Source: a virus (taxonomy: Duplodnaviria; Heunggongvirae; Uroviricota; Caudoviricetes). From it: a DNA stretch of 64,000 bases. Under the pieces are notes generated by a model. That model had not been told where the DNA came from and ran no database searches. It saw only the letters and a program-made list of their open reading frames with translations. Positions 1 through 8,604 of this stretch are shown one piece after another. The DNA is taken from the IMG/VR virus record IMGVR_UViG_3300042549_006728. One strand, 5' to 3'. Positions within the stretch are counted from its first letter, which is position 1, and the number at the start of each line of letters is the position of its first letter. The translations under genes were made by a program, and so were the position numbers.

Positions 1-2297
1 GGGTTATGACTGATTAATAAAATAGTGTCATACATCTTTTTAATCTTATCAAAAAATATTTTAACTAAATCCAAATTAGTATTTGCTACTTTACCTAGTA
101 CTTCATCAAACACTATCACATTTGGTTTTGGTAATGTGGATATCCTACCTAAAACTGACCTCAGAGCTAAGGATGCTAAAGTAGTTTCTAAACCAGATCC
201 TGTTCTTAATTTTTTAATGACATCATTTTTTATTAAAAGAAAATCTACTTCATTTTTATCATTTATTTCTAACTGAACCTCAAAATCACAAACTTCATCT
301 AATAATCTAGTTAATTCATAGTTGATAATTGGTATTACTGAGGATAAGACTAATTTCGATATCCCATTTTTACCTATCATTTTTGAGTACACCTCAAATA
401 TTTTAAGAACATCCTCTTCTTTTTTTATTTGACTGATTATGTTTTTATTTTCCTCAATAGTATTATTTTTTAAAGATATATCATTCTCTAAAGATTGTAT
501 TTTATTTTTAGAATTATCTTTTTCCGCTTCTAAAGTCTCTATTAATTGATTATAACCTAATATCGTACTTTCTAATTTTCTATTCTCCTCAATAAAAGTA
601 GAGTTCTTTTCATAATCTTTTAATAGATTATTTTTTTCTTTATAATCTACTCTCATTTTATCTATTTCGATGTCTGTTTTATCTTTAGACATACTTAATC
701 TATCATATAAATCTGAATTCTTCTTCTCTTCAGAAATATCAGTTAAATTACTTTGGATTTTTTTTAGGGACGTACTACTTTTTTCTAAATCTATTTTTAT
801 ACCTTCTAAAATTTTTTCATTTTCTTTAATTTCAGAAGTGTGATCAACATCCTCCAAAGATCTTTTACAGGTTGGGCATATCTCACCTTCTTTTAAATTT
901 AATATAGTTTTTTCAAGATTTTTAATTTCTATCTCTATATTATTTTTTTCTAACATTAATTTTTTCTCTTCATCTCTTAGATTATCATGTGTTTGTTCAT
1001 CATAAGAAAATTTAGGTAATTCTTTAATACTTTCTTTTATCTCATCTAATTTTTTATTGAGTAGTGTACCAGTATTAGTTAACTTCTCCAGTTCTATTTT
1101 TAATGTATCAGGGTTAACTTTAATTATATCATCGTCAATAATATACCTTTTACCTAATAACTCTTCTTTTTTAGTGACTGACTCTTTAATTTTATCTAAT
1201 GTCTTTGTTAAAGAATTTTGACTTTCTTTTATTTCTATTCTACTCTCACCAATTATTCTATTAAATTCTTCATTATCAATTTCTAATTGTTTAGTATTAT
1301 ATAAGTTAGATTTCATCTTACTTTTAAATTCGGACATTAAAGTTTTATTAATATCTTCTTTTTTCTCAATAATTTCTAAACCAATAAATTTAGTTAATAA
1401 TCTACCTCTTTGTGTGGGTTTAGTTTCTATTAAATCCTCCAAATTTTTTGAGGTTGCAACTATAGTCAACATAAAGTCATCATAAGAACCTATAGTTTCT
1501 ACAATTAATTTATCAGTTTCTCTCCTTTGTTCACCCTCTAAATTTTCTTTAGTACCATCAGATAATATCTTATAGAAATCAAGTGTTGACGCAACTTTAT
1601 ATTCACCACTTTTAGATAACTTTCTACTTAATCCCCTTTCGATAATATACTCATCCCCGTCAATTTCAATATGTCCACCAACAGTTACGTTATCCTCTTC
1701 ACTAAACGTATTAAATATCTCAGAGGTTACTTCTGTCTTAGTAGTTTTCCCAAAAAATAAAAATAATAAAGAATCTATTGTAAAAATAGTCTTACCTCCT
1801 TGATTTGATGGTATTGAATTGACTACAGTTAACCCGTTTAAACTTTTATAAGTAATTTCGTTGTTTCTACCAAAAGATAAAAAATTATCTAACCATATTT
1901 TTTTAATACTCCATCTTCTATATCTTACATCTTCTTCTTCGCTATTAACTAATACCTCATTTACTTTATCATCTAACCTACATAACCTATCATATTCAAT
2001 ATTTACCTCATTTAACTTTAACCATTCAACAAATAAAGTTCTCTGATAGGCGGTATCCATTATATTATCTATTAACCCATCTGTTATGTCAATAACTTTA
2101 CCTGCAGTATTTTTGAAAATAGGGATAAAATTAATTTTTATTAACCCTTTAGGGATATTATATTTTTCAGAAAAATATGTTTTAACAGTATTAACTGTTT
2201 CCAATGTTCTTTCTTCTGGATAACCTTTCCAGTCTATCCTTATTTGTGCCTTTTCAGGTAAGATTATTTTATTTTGAGTATCTGCTATTGTATTCAT
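1..2297 (-). CDS. sbcC: SbcC/Rad50-like SMC ATPase (T4 gp46-like) with ~128-aa N-terminal extension; 3' end cut by window edge
   Basis: Missing from the ORF track because no stop lies in the window. Manual translation from ATG 2297: MNTIADTQNK...; WSIKKIWLDNFLSFG (first ATPase strand), variant Walker A SNQGGKT, zinc hook CPTCKR (~860-880), long coiled coil, signature SGLE, Walker B VIVFDE, H-loop LISHN at the left edge. Confidence 0.93.
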   Translation of the reverse strand, partial: MNTIADTQNKIILPEKAQIRIDWKGYPEERTLETVNTVKTYFSEKYNIPKGLIKINFIPIFKNTAGKVIDITDGLIDNIMDTAYQRTLFVEWLKLNEVNIEYDRLCRLDDKVNEVLVNSEEEDVRYRRWSIKKIWLDNFLSFGRNNEITYKSLNGLTVVNSIPSNQGGKTIFTIDSLLFLFFGKTTKTEVTSEIFNTFSEEDNVTVGGHIEIDGDEYIIERGLSRKLSKSGEYKVASTLDFYKILSDGTKENLEGEQRRETDKLIVETIGSYDDFMLTIVATSKNLEDLIETKPTQRGRLLTKFIGLEIIEKKEDINKTLMSEFKSKMKSNLYNTKQLEIDNEEFNRIIGESRIEIKESQNSLTKTLDKIKESVTKKEELLGKRYIIDDDIIKVNPDTLKIELEKLTNTGTLLNKKLDEIKESIKELPKFSYDEQTHDNLRDEEKKLMLEKNNIEIEIKNLEKTILNLKEGEICPTCKRSLEDVDHTSEIKENEKILEGIKIDLEKSSTSLKKIQSNLTDISEEKKNSDLYDRLSMSKDKTDIEIDKMRVDYKEKNNLLKDYEKNSTFIEENRKLESTILGYNQLIETLEAEKDNSKNKIQSLENDISLKNNTIEENKNIISQIKKEEDVLKIFEVYSKMIGKNGISKLVLSSVIPIINYELTRLLDEVCDFEVQLEINDKNEVDFLLIKNDVIKKLRTGSGLETTLASLALRSVLGRISTLPKPNVIVFDEVLGKVANTNLDLVKIFFDKIKKMYDTILLISHN

Positions 2298-2298
2298 A

Positions 2299-2814
2299 TT
2301 ATTTATTTAATAAATTTGATCCATATAAACCACCTTTACGTTCATCACCGTAAATGTCATCTTTTTTATTTTGATTTTTCTTTTCTTCTTCTATAGATTT
2401 TTTTACTATATCTAACTCTTTATCTTTTTTAGATAGTTCATGTTGGAAATTATTTTCCATTTCTTTGGTTTTAGTGGAAAAAATTTGTCTTTCTTCCTCT
2501 ATTTTTAGTTTTAACTGGAAAATATTTTCTTCCAGTCCACCAATCTTCTCAACAAGTTTGTCTTCACTATCTTTGTCAGAAATATATTCTATTTTTGTGA
2601 CAATCTTTTCAACAGGTATTTCTTTTTCGATAATTACTTCCTTTATAACCTCAACAATTTTTTCTACTTCCATACCACCCATTGGGGTAGACCCGTATTT
2701 TTCAGCAGTAAACCCTTGTCTTATCATTCTTAAAATGAAATCATCTACATTAGATATATTGTTAATTCTACAATATTCCCATAGTTCGTCTTTTATTTTT
2801 TTAGGAACGTCCAT
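2299..2814 (-). CDS. hypothetical coiled-coil protein with VEKIVE-type repeats
   Basis: 171-aa ORF tightly packed between sbcD and sbcC; VEKIVEVIKEVIIEKEIPVEKIV repeat, then charged heptads. Confidence 0.8.
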   Translation of the reverse strand: MDVPKKIKDELWEYCRINNISNVDDFILRMIRQGFTAEKYGSTPMGGMEVEKIVEVIKEVIIEKEIPVEKIVTKIEYISDKDSEDKLVEKIGGLEENIFQLKLKIEEERQIFSTKTKEMENNFQHELSKKDKELDIVKKSIEEEKKNQNKKDDIYGDERKGGLYGSNLLNK

Positions 2815-3632
2815 TAAAAATTTGTTAAATATTCTCTTTCGTTTTCAATATCCTCCAAAGAATTTATTCTAAAAACATAATAACCGTAATCAGATTTAAT
2901 ATTATGTTCTGTATATGTTAAATCATCGACATTCCAAACTAAATAACCATGATTGTCTACTCGTTCACCAAAATCTTGTTGTATTAAACTACCACAATAG
3001 GCTATATTAATACCTTTATATTTAAAATTTTGTCTATGGTGTATATCACCCATTAGAACTGCATCACATCCATCGAATTGGGATAAATCTGTACTATCCT
3101 CAAACTCAAAACCAATAGATGTGATTGCACCTGTTACGGGTGCATGATATAATCCTATATATTTTTTATTGTTACCCAATTTTTCTCTACTTTCTTTTAT
3201 ATCAGGTTTCTTATTCTCCTCAAAAATAGAATAAACACACCAAACTATATTGTCATCTTCATAACATAAACTATCTTTGTAGTAACTAACTTTATCATTA
3301 TTAATCGCATTGACTATCGGTGTAATACTATCTAATCTATCTTTATTATTTTCTAAAAGATCGTGATTACCTGCGATAATAACCACAGGACATATTTTAC
3401 TACATTGATTGAAAAACCAAGTTATCAATGCAAATAATTCATTTGATATTGTAATTTTTTGGTGTACAATATCTCCAGCAATTACAATTCTACCCTCATC
3501 ATAATTTAATTTGTTTTCATCAAAGTAATCTGAAACATCTTTTAAGAATCTTTTACATACTTCTTCTGATTCTTCTAATCTTTTATACGTCCTGAAATGT
3601 AAATCGGCGCAGTGGAATAATTTTTTTATCAT
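2814..3632 (-). CDS. sbcD: SbcD/Mre11-like metallophosphoesterase nuclease (T4 gp47-like), nuclease domain only
   Basis: Phosphoesterase motifs ADLH, AGD, GNHD, YHAP, GDIH; next to the Rad50-like gene; only 272 aa. Confidence 0.92.
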   Translation of the reverse strand: MIKKLFHCADLHFRTYKRLEESEEVCKRFLKDVSDYFDENKLNYDEGRIVIAGDIVHQKITISNELFALITWFFNQCSKICPVVIIAGNHDLLENNKDRLDSITPIVNAINNDKVSYYKDSLCYEDDNIVWCVYSIFEENKKPDIKESREKLGNNKKYIGLYHAPVTGAITSIGFEFEDSTDLSQFDGCDAVLMGDIHHRQNFKYKGINIAYCGSLIQQDFGERVDNHGYLVWNVDDLTYTEHNIKSDYGYYVFRINSLEDIENEREYLTNF

Positions 3633-3636
3633 TTTA

Positions 3637-3667
3637 CAAATATAACAATTTTATTTATTAATACAAA
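3637..3667 (-). promoter_or_regulatory. Bacteroidota-type housekeeping promoter TTTG-N19-TATATTTG
   Basis: Minus strand reads TTTG tattaataaataaaattgt TATATTTG taaa ATG, matching the -33 TTTG / -7 TAnnTTTG consensus. Confidence 0.75.
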
Positions 3668-3670
3668 ATA

Positions 3671-4585
3671 TTACGAGAAAAACAATTCTTTTTGTGTTCT
3701 CAACATATGAAACATCTCATCAACATAATTAGAATAATCTTCACATTTAATAATTTCATAGTTAGGGTTTTCTTCGTTATACCAAACTAAATAACAACCA
3801 CCAAATCTTAGATTTGTATTCTTTTCTATTATTTTTTTATAGACATTTAACTGTAACGAATACGTATTAAATTCACATTCATCTAATTCAGATAAACAAT
3901 ATTTCATTTTATTACCAAATTCATTAAACATTTTCAATAAGGTATTAGTTTTCCAATCCCATATCTGAAGACACTGGTGTTTAACATTCCAAAAAATTTG
4001 ATCTATCATCCCACATAATAATAACTCTTCATCACCAACAACTAATTCAGATTTAACAGGTATTAATTTACCTTGTGCGATTGTATCATTATAAAAGTTA
4101 TGAAAATAACCTTTCATTACATTATACGTAGACTCAATTTCCTCAAACATTAAACCTTCAGGACTTATTTTAGGTTCAGGTTTAATCTTATTACTTATAT
4201 AGTTCTCAATGTAGTCGTGTAAAGTAGAACCCTCATAGGTTGCGTGAATATTCTTATATCTCCACTCTGATTTTATTTGTTCTTCTGTAATCCATTCATT
4301 AATCGGTTTAGGTTTTGAGTAGTCAGGTCTACCATACTTATCCGATTCCATTGGGTGGAAGTTTTGTTTGTGAGCATATCTATCAGCCATACTATTGGCT
4401 TTATATATATGTCCCTGTTTTTCTGCCCATCTATCGGGTTTTAAAATCCCATCTTCAAACTCATGCCCAAATTTATGGATTAACCCAGTACAGGATATTG
4501 ATTTAACACCGTCAATATAATAAGTGTGTGGTTCATCATAATATTTTATATTATTAAAAACCGATAACTCTTTTAAAATTTGCAT
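3671..4585 (-). CDS. PD-(D/E)XK (RecB-like) exonuclease
   Basis: GSTLHDYIE helix, SELVV, GMIDQIF, WDWKT and YSLQLNVY motifs. Confidence 0.85.
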   Translation of the reverse strand: MQILKELSVFNNIKYYDEPHTYYIDGVKSISCTGLIHKFGHEFEDGILKPDRWAEKQGHIYKANSMADRYAHKQNFHPMESDKYGRPDYSKPKPINEWITEEQIKSEWRYKNIHATYEGSTLHDYIENYISNKIKPEPKISPEGLMFEEIESTYNVMKGYFHNFYNDTIAQGKLIPVKSELVVGDEELLLCGMIDQIFWNVKHQCLQIWDWKTNTLLKMFNEFGNKMKYCLSELDECEFNTYSLQLNVYKKIIEKNTNLRFGGCYLVWYNEENPNYEIIKCEDYSNYVDEMFHMLRTQKELFFS

Positions 4586-4593
4586 ATATAAGT

Positions 4594-4602
4594 ATATTTA
4601 TA
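4594..4602 (+). promoter_or_regulatory. putative late-promoter motif ATATTTATA (orientation ambiguous at a divergent junction)
   Basis: Same motif precedes many structural genes. It lies upstream of the plus-strand island but also reads TATAAATA just upstream of the minus-strand exonuclease. Confidence 0.4.
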
Positions 4603-4641
4603 ATTAATAATAATAGTAATTTTTTACTTAAAAAACAAATT

Positions 4642-5073
4642 ATGAATAAAAAAATATTATACAGATTAATTTTACTTCTTAATGATTCATTTGGAGAATA
4701 TTCCGTAGATGAATATTATAGTGATAGACATACTTATATGACAGTTTCCGAATTCATACAAAATGATTTAGGTTTTAGTGACTCAGATGAAGTAGATTTT
4801 ATTTACGCATCTTTTTATGAGACATTAAAAAAATTAAATGGAGATTTATCAAATTTTAGTGAAAACGATGTAGTATTACCAATAAAATATGAATTTCGTG
4901 GTGAAAGAAGTTATTTTGCCACAGTCCGATATAACGAAAGTTTCTATTATGACACATACCTACCAGTTATATTAGAATATATGATAGATGAATATATGAT
5001 AAATGAAGACAATGTTGAAACAGATATTAGAGATACTTGGGATCATGAAACAGAAATAGTAAAAGTAAAATAA
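4642..5073 (+). CDS. hypothetical acidic protein
   Basis: 143-aa ORF, first of three coupled plus-strand genes (TAATG overlap with the next). Confidence 0.75.
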   Translation: MNKKILYRLILLLNDSFGEYSVDEYYSDRHTYMTVSEFIQNDLGFSDSDEVDFIYASFYETLKKLNGDLSNFSENDVVLPIKYEFRGERSYFATVRYNESFYYDTYLPVILEYMIDEYMINEDNVETDIRDTWDHETEIVKVK

Positions 5074-5642
5074 TGAACAAATTAATTAAGAGGATTTTAA
5101 AAGAAGAGTTTGAGGTTATAAGTCAATACGAAGAAACTGATTTTTTATCACCTGAAGAAGAGGATTCTTTACCAACTGTTATTTTGGTTGGTGGGTTAGA
5201 TACTGGAGGTTATAAAAATATTACACTACAAAAAAGTTTATTACAAAAAGGTTTGGGTTCAAATTTTAAAGTAATTGCACATAGATGGACTGAGAAAGAA
5301 AACGCAAAAAATTCTATTTTAACTTACCCTAACTCATATGTAGTATTATTCAGTAAGGGTGGGGAATATTCAGAAAGTTTCGCATCCTTTTTAAAAAATA
5401 GTGGTGGTTATTTAAGTAGAATGTATATTGTAGAACCTTATAGTTGCAGTAGTGGTACTAAAAATTCTGTTGATGGTGCAGTATCTAGAGGTGTACCAAA
5501 AAGAAATGTTTTAGGTGGGGGTAGTGACTGCACAGGTAAAAATGTTGCGGGAACTAGAACTACTTGTGGTAGTAAAAAAGGTAATGAAGTTCATTGGTGT
5601 GCGTTGACTGAGGCAGGTGAAATAATATCGTATGGTAGATAA
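5073..5642 (+). CDS. putative alpha/beta-hydrolase-fold protein with N-terminal leader MNKLIKRILKEE
   Basis: VILVGGLD strand, nucleophile-elbow-like VVLFSKGG, acidic IVEP, C-terminal His (VHWC). Confidence 0.65.
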   Translation: MNKLIKRILKEEFEVISQYEETDFLSPEEEDSLPTVILVGGLDTGGYKNITLQKSLLQKGLGSNFKVIAHRWTEKENAKNSILTYPNSYVVLFSKGGEYSESFASFLKNSGGYLSRMYIVEPYSCSSGTKNSVDGAVSRGVPKRNVLGGGSDCTGKNVAGTRTTCGSKKGNEVHWCALTEAGEIISYGR

Positions 5643-5646
5643 AAAT

Positions 5647-6222
5647 ATGAAAAATTTAATTAGAAAAATACTTAAAGAAGATATACCGATATATAAGGAA
5701 AATAATCCTTATAAAAGGATGTATGATAAATTAAGGACTTATTATAACTCTACACCCGAATATGTATTAAAAGATATTTTCTATAATAATTTATTACCAA
5801 ACTCAATGGAGGACATTAAAAAAAATTATTATGGGGATCCTATCTTATTTTTATCTAGATTCGATGGGGGTTACTGGGATAGGTTTCTAAAAGGTTCTTG
5901 GAAATTAGAAATATTAAATGTAAATCCAGAAGACTTTGATGAAAATACTATTAATGCATTTTTAGAAAGGGATTTTGGTAATATAGACTCATATTTAGTA
6001 CCAAAAGATGAAGAAAGAATGTCCACACAAAAACAGTTAGCCAAATCTACTGGTACAAATGAACCTATTATTGTTCTGAAAAATCCTAATGGTAAATATG
6101 AACTTATCGAAGGATGGCATCGAACTATGTCAATATTATTATTAGGTGATAATGGGGAAGATTTGAAGAATTGGGATAAAGTAAAAATTAGAGCTTTTGT
6201 AAAAGATTTAAAAAAATATTAA
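5647..6222 (+). CDS. ParB/Srx-like N-domain protein with leader MKNLIRKILKED
   Basis: NEPIIVLKNPNGKYELIEGWHRTMS matches the ParB/sulfiredoxin (D/E)GxHR motif. Start moved from 5632 to 5647 to begin at the shared leader. Confidence 0.75.
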   Translation: MKNLIRKILKEDIPIYKENNPYKRMYDKLRTYYNSTPEYVLKDIFYNNLLPNSMEDIKKNYYGDPILFLSRFDGGYWDRFLKGSWKLEILNVNPEDFDENTINAFLERDFGNIDSYLVPKDEERMSTQKQLAKSTGTNEPIIVLKNPNGKYELIEGWHRTMSILLLGDNGEDLKNWDKVKIRAFVKDLKKY

Positions 6223-6596
6223 GTATATTTTTTAAAAATTTCTAAATACAACTCTATATTTTTTTTACCTTCAGGATTTGCAGAATGTACATAATATTGT
6301 GGTAATGTATGTTCATTCTCTAAACAATATTCTACTAACCACTTAGCTGAATCATAACCAGTTTTTTCCTCTAAATTCTCATATACAATACTTTTCTGAT
6401 TTTCTTCTAAGTAATGATCATACGATAAATCATGATCGAATGATATAAACTTTGGTAAACCGAATTTCTGTATTGCGTTTATAAATTCGTAATAGTTACG
6501 CACTATAACCCAATCGTCATTTTTTTCATACAATGGATTAATTGTATTTTTAAAAACATCGTAAGGGACTCTTATATCATCTAAAAATAATAACAT
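6219..6596 (-). CDS. cyclic-phosphate-processing receiver-like (cREC) domain protein
   Basis: LFLDDIR, ISFDHDL, TGYDSAKWL and HSANPEG motifs typical of this stand-alone phage receiver family. Confidence 0.75.
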   Translation of the reverse strand: MLLFLDDIRVPYDVFKNTINPLYEKNDDWVIVRNYYEFINAIQKFGLPKFISFDHDLSYDHYLEENQKSIVYENLEEKTGYDSAKWLVEYCLENEHTLPQYYVHSANPEGKKNIELYLEIFKKYT

Positions 6597-6597
6597 A

Positions 6598-6861
6598 TTA
6601 ACAGTATTTTTTATTTAGAAATTCATCAATATCTGCACCACAAGAACAACTCTTAGTTTCCACATTAAATTGACATCCTTTTCTTACACTTAATTTATTT
6701 AACATAAATACGTGTCTTTGGGATTCTAAGTCATTATAGTCTTCATCATACCCAACAACTGTTTTAACCCTCATAGGTTTTAAAATTCTTTCTTTTTTAG
6801 AAATAATATTTAATTTTCTCATTAAAATTAAAACATTAGTCTTTACCCCACCTCTTTCCAT
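6598..6861 (-). CDS. hypothetical protein
   Basis: 87-aa ORF with a Bacteroidota-type promoter directly upstream; C-terminal C-x8-CSC. Confidence 0.65.
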   Translation of the reverse strand: MERGGVKTNVLILMRKLNIISKKERILKPMRVKTVVGYDEDYNDLESQRHVFMLNKLSVRKGCQFNVETKSCSCGADIDEFLNKKYC

Positions 6862-6878
6862 ATATTTTTATTTTAAAA

Positions 6879-6910
6879 CAAATGTATAACAAATTTTTGA
6901 CTATAACAAA
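6879..6910 (-). promoter_or_regulatory. Bacteroidota-type promoter TTTG-N20-TACATTTG
   Basis: Minus strand TTTG ttatagtcaaaaatttgtta TACATTTG, ending 17 nt before ATG 6861. Confidence 0.7.
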
Positions 6911-7851
6911 CTTTCTTTAATTTTTTTTGCGGTAGTTAAAATATCAATGACACCTTTCTTACCTAATTTCTGATTAATGTCTGAAATATCATAACCCTCT
7001 GGTAGTTTAATAATCATAACTCTATTCATAAGTTTAGTAGAGTTTAATCTCTTATATAGTTTAATTGCATCATTATGAGCATCTGAATCTAATAATATGA
7101 TAACCTTACATTCCGCTTTCTTTACCAAACGAATAAATAGGTTTTCACTCATAACTTTACCTAACATTGGTATACTATTAGGTACCACTATGTGATCGAA
7201 TACTCCTTCTACTATGTAGATATTTGAATCCCAAATAACTAAATTTTCGTTAAAAATTATTTCTGATTTAGGTATATCAGGATTTTTATATTTTAGTTTA
7301 CTATATTTATCATAACTCCTACCTAAAAAATAATTAACATCTCCATGTATATCGTATGATGGAAATATTACCCTACCACCATAATCACCATTTTCACAAT
7401 AACCTATATTATATTTTTTTATGGTTTCTAACCCTATATTCCTTTTCTGTAGATACTCCATTGATTTTCTATATCCCTCAGTAAATGTCTCAATCGATAG
7501 TGGTTGGAACTCTTTGGGTAACCCCTCTAATATTTTTATTTCCTCTTTTCTATAGTTATCTATTAAATCAGGAGTTACTAATTTATATTTTTTAATGTCA
7601 GATTTAGTACCATATTGTTTAATTAGTTTATGTATGGATCCATGTGTGTTATTAGTTTCTGAACATGCCCAACATTTATAAACATTACTCTCATAATTTA
7701 TTTCTAAATTACCTTTACCATCTCCTTTATCTAAACCTTTAATATCATAAGAGCATACTGGACAGTCAAAAGAAATTTGTGATTTTTCTCTATAATGTTT
7801 TTTAGATTTACCTAAAACACCTTCTAATATTTCTACTACTAGTTCTGACAT
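6901..7851 (-). CDS. dnaG: DNA primase (Zn finger + TOPRIM)
   Basis: CPVC...CWAC zinc finger, GRVIFP, FLGR, IVEGVFD and LLDSDA TOPRIM motifs. Confidence 0.92.
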   Translation of the reverse strand: MSELVVEILEGVLGKSKKHYREKSQISFDCPVCSYDIKGLDKGDGKGNLEINYESNVYKCWACSETNNTHGSIHKLIKQYGTKSDIKKYKLVTPDLIDNYRKEEIKILEGLPKEFQPLSIETFTEGYRKSMEYLQKRNIGLETIKKYNIGYCENGDYGGRVIFPSYDIHGDVNYFLGRSYDKYSKLKYKNPDIPKSEIIFNENLVIWDSNIYIVEGVFDHIVVPNSIPMLGKVMSENLFIRLVKKAECKVIILLDSDAHNDAIKLYKRLNSTKLMNRVMIIKLPEGYDISDINQKLGKKGVIDILTTAKKIKESLL

Positions 7852-7857
7852 TTAATA

Positions 7858-7865
7858 CAAAGATA
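7858..7865 (-). promoter_or_regulatory. Bacteroidota-type -7 element TATCTTTG
   Basis: TTTTACTATCTTTG, then 6 nt to the primase ATG; no clear -33 TTTG. Confidence 0.55.
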
Positions 7866-7894
7866 GTAAAATTCTAAAGAAAAAAAAATATATT

Positions 7895-7924
7895 AAAAAA
7901 AAATATCGCCTAAAAAGACGATAT
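7895..7924 (-). terminator. intrinsic terminator after the RuvC-like gene
   Basis: Minus-strand RNA AUAUCGUC-UUUUUA-GGCGAUAU (8-bp stem with one G-U pair) followed by a U-run. Confidence 0.7.
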
Positions 7925-7951
7925 CACTAATTATCGGTATTTAAAACGATA

Positions 7952-8584
7952 TTATTTCCACTTACCTTCTTTTCTCATTTGTCCTAAAACACATGCGTAA
8001 GCGTCTGTCATATCATAATTTTCTTTTACTAATTTCTGATGTTTATCGTACATCCATACAATTTGTGGTTCTCTTTCATTAACCCTTTCCCAAATAACTA
8101 CTTTTTTATCTGTATCCCAAGAATAAGAACCAAACAACACTGGTTGTTTTTTATCAATTTCCTTATCAGTATATGGTTCACCTTTTTTATTGTGGGTTCT
8201 AACCTGCATTAAATCAGGGAATGCGTATTTTCTAGCATCATATGATGATATAAATTCTGGTATAATATTTAAAACTTCGTATACTGATTTACATATCATC
8301 CCATTAAATCTTAATAGTGTTGACACTGTATTTACATTATTTGATTGCAATAAAGGTTCTTCTATAATAACTCTAGTGATATCGATATCACTATATTTTT
8401 CTAAAAACTCGAACTGAAAGACTTGTGCCTTTTTAATTAATAATTCAATATTGTCAGTAGGTTTGGGTTTAATGACAGGTGTTATATGTGTTAACATCTG
8501 TAATTTACCATTTTCACCGATATCCTCAAATAATGAAATACCTATTGTTTTAGTCGAAACGTCTAGTCCTAATATTCTACTCAT
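7952..8584 (-). CDS. RuvC-like Holliday junction resolvase
   Basis: RILGLDVSTKTIG (RNase H-fold strand 1), IIEEPL and DMTDAYA acidic catalytic motifs. Confidence 0.8.
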   Translation of the reverse strand: MSRILGLDVSTKTIGISLFEDIGENGKLQMLTHITPVIKPKPTDNIELLIKKAQVFQFEFLEKYSDIDITRVIIEEPLLQSNNVNTVSTLLRFNGMICKSVYEVLNIIPEFISSYDARKYAFPDLMQVRTHNKKGEPYTDKEIDKKQPVLFGSYSWDTDKKVVIWERVNEREPQIVWMYDKHQKLVKENYDMTDAYACVLGQMRKEGKWK

Positions 8585-8604
8585 AAAAACTTTTATATAA
8601 AATG

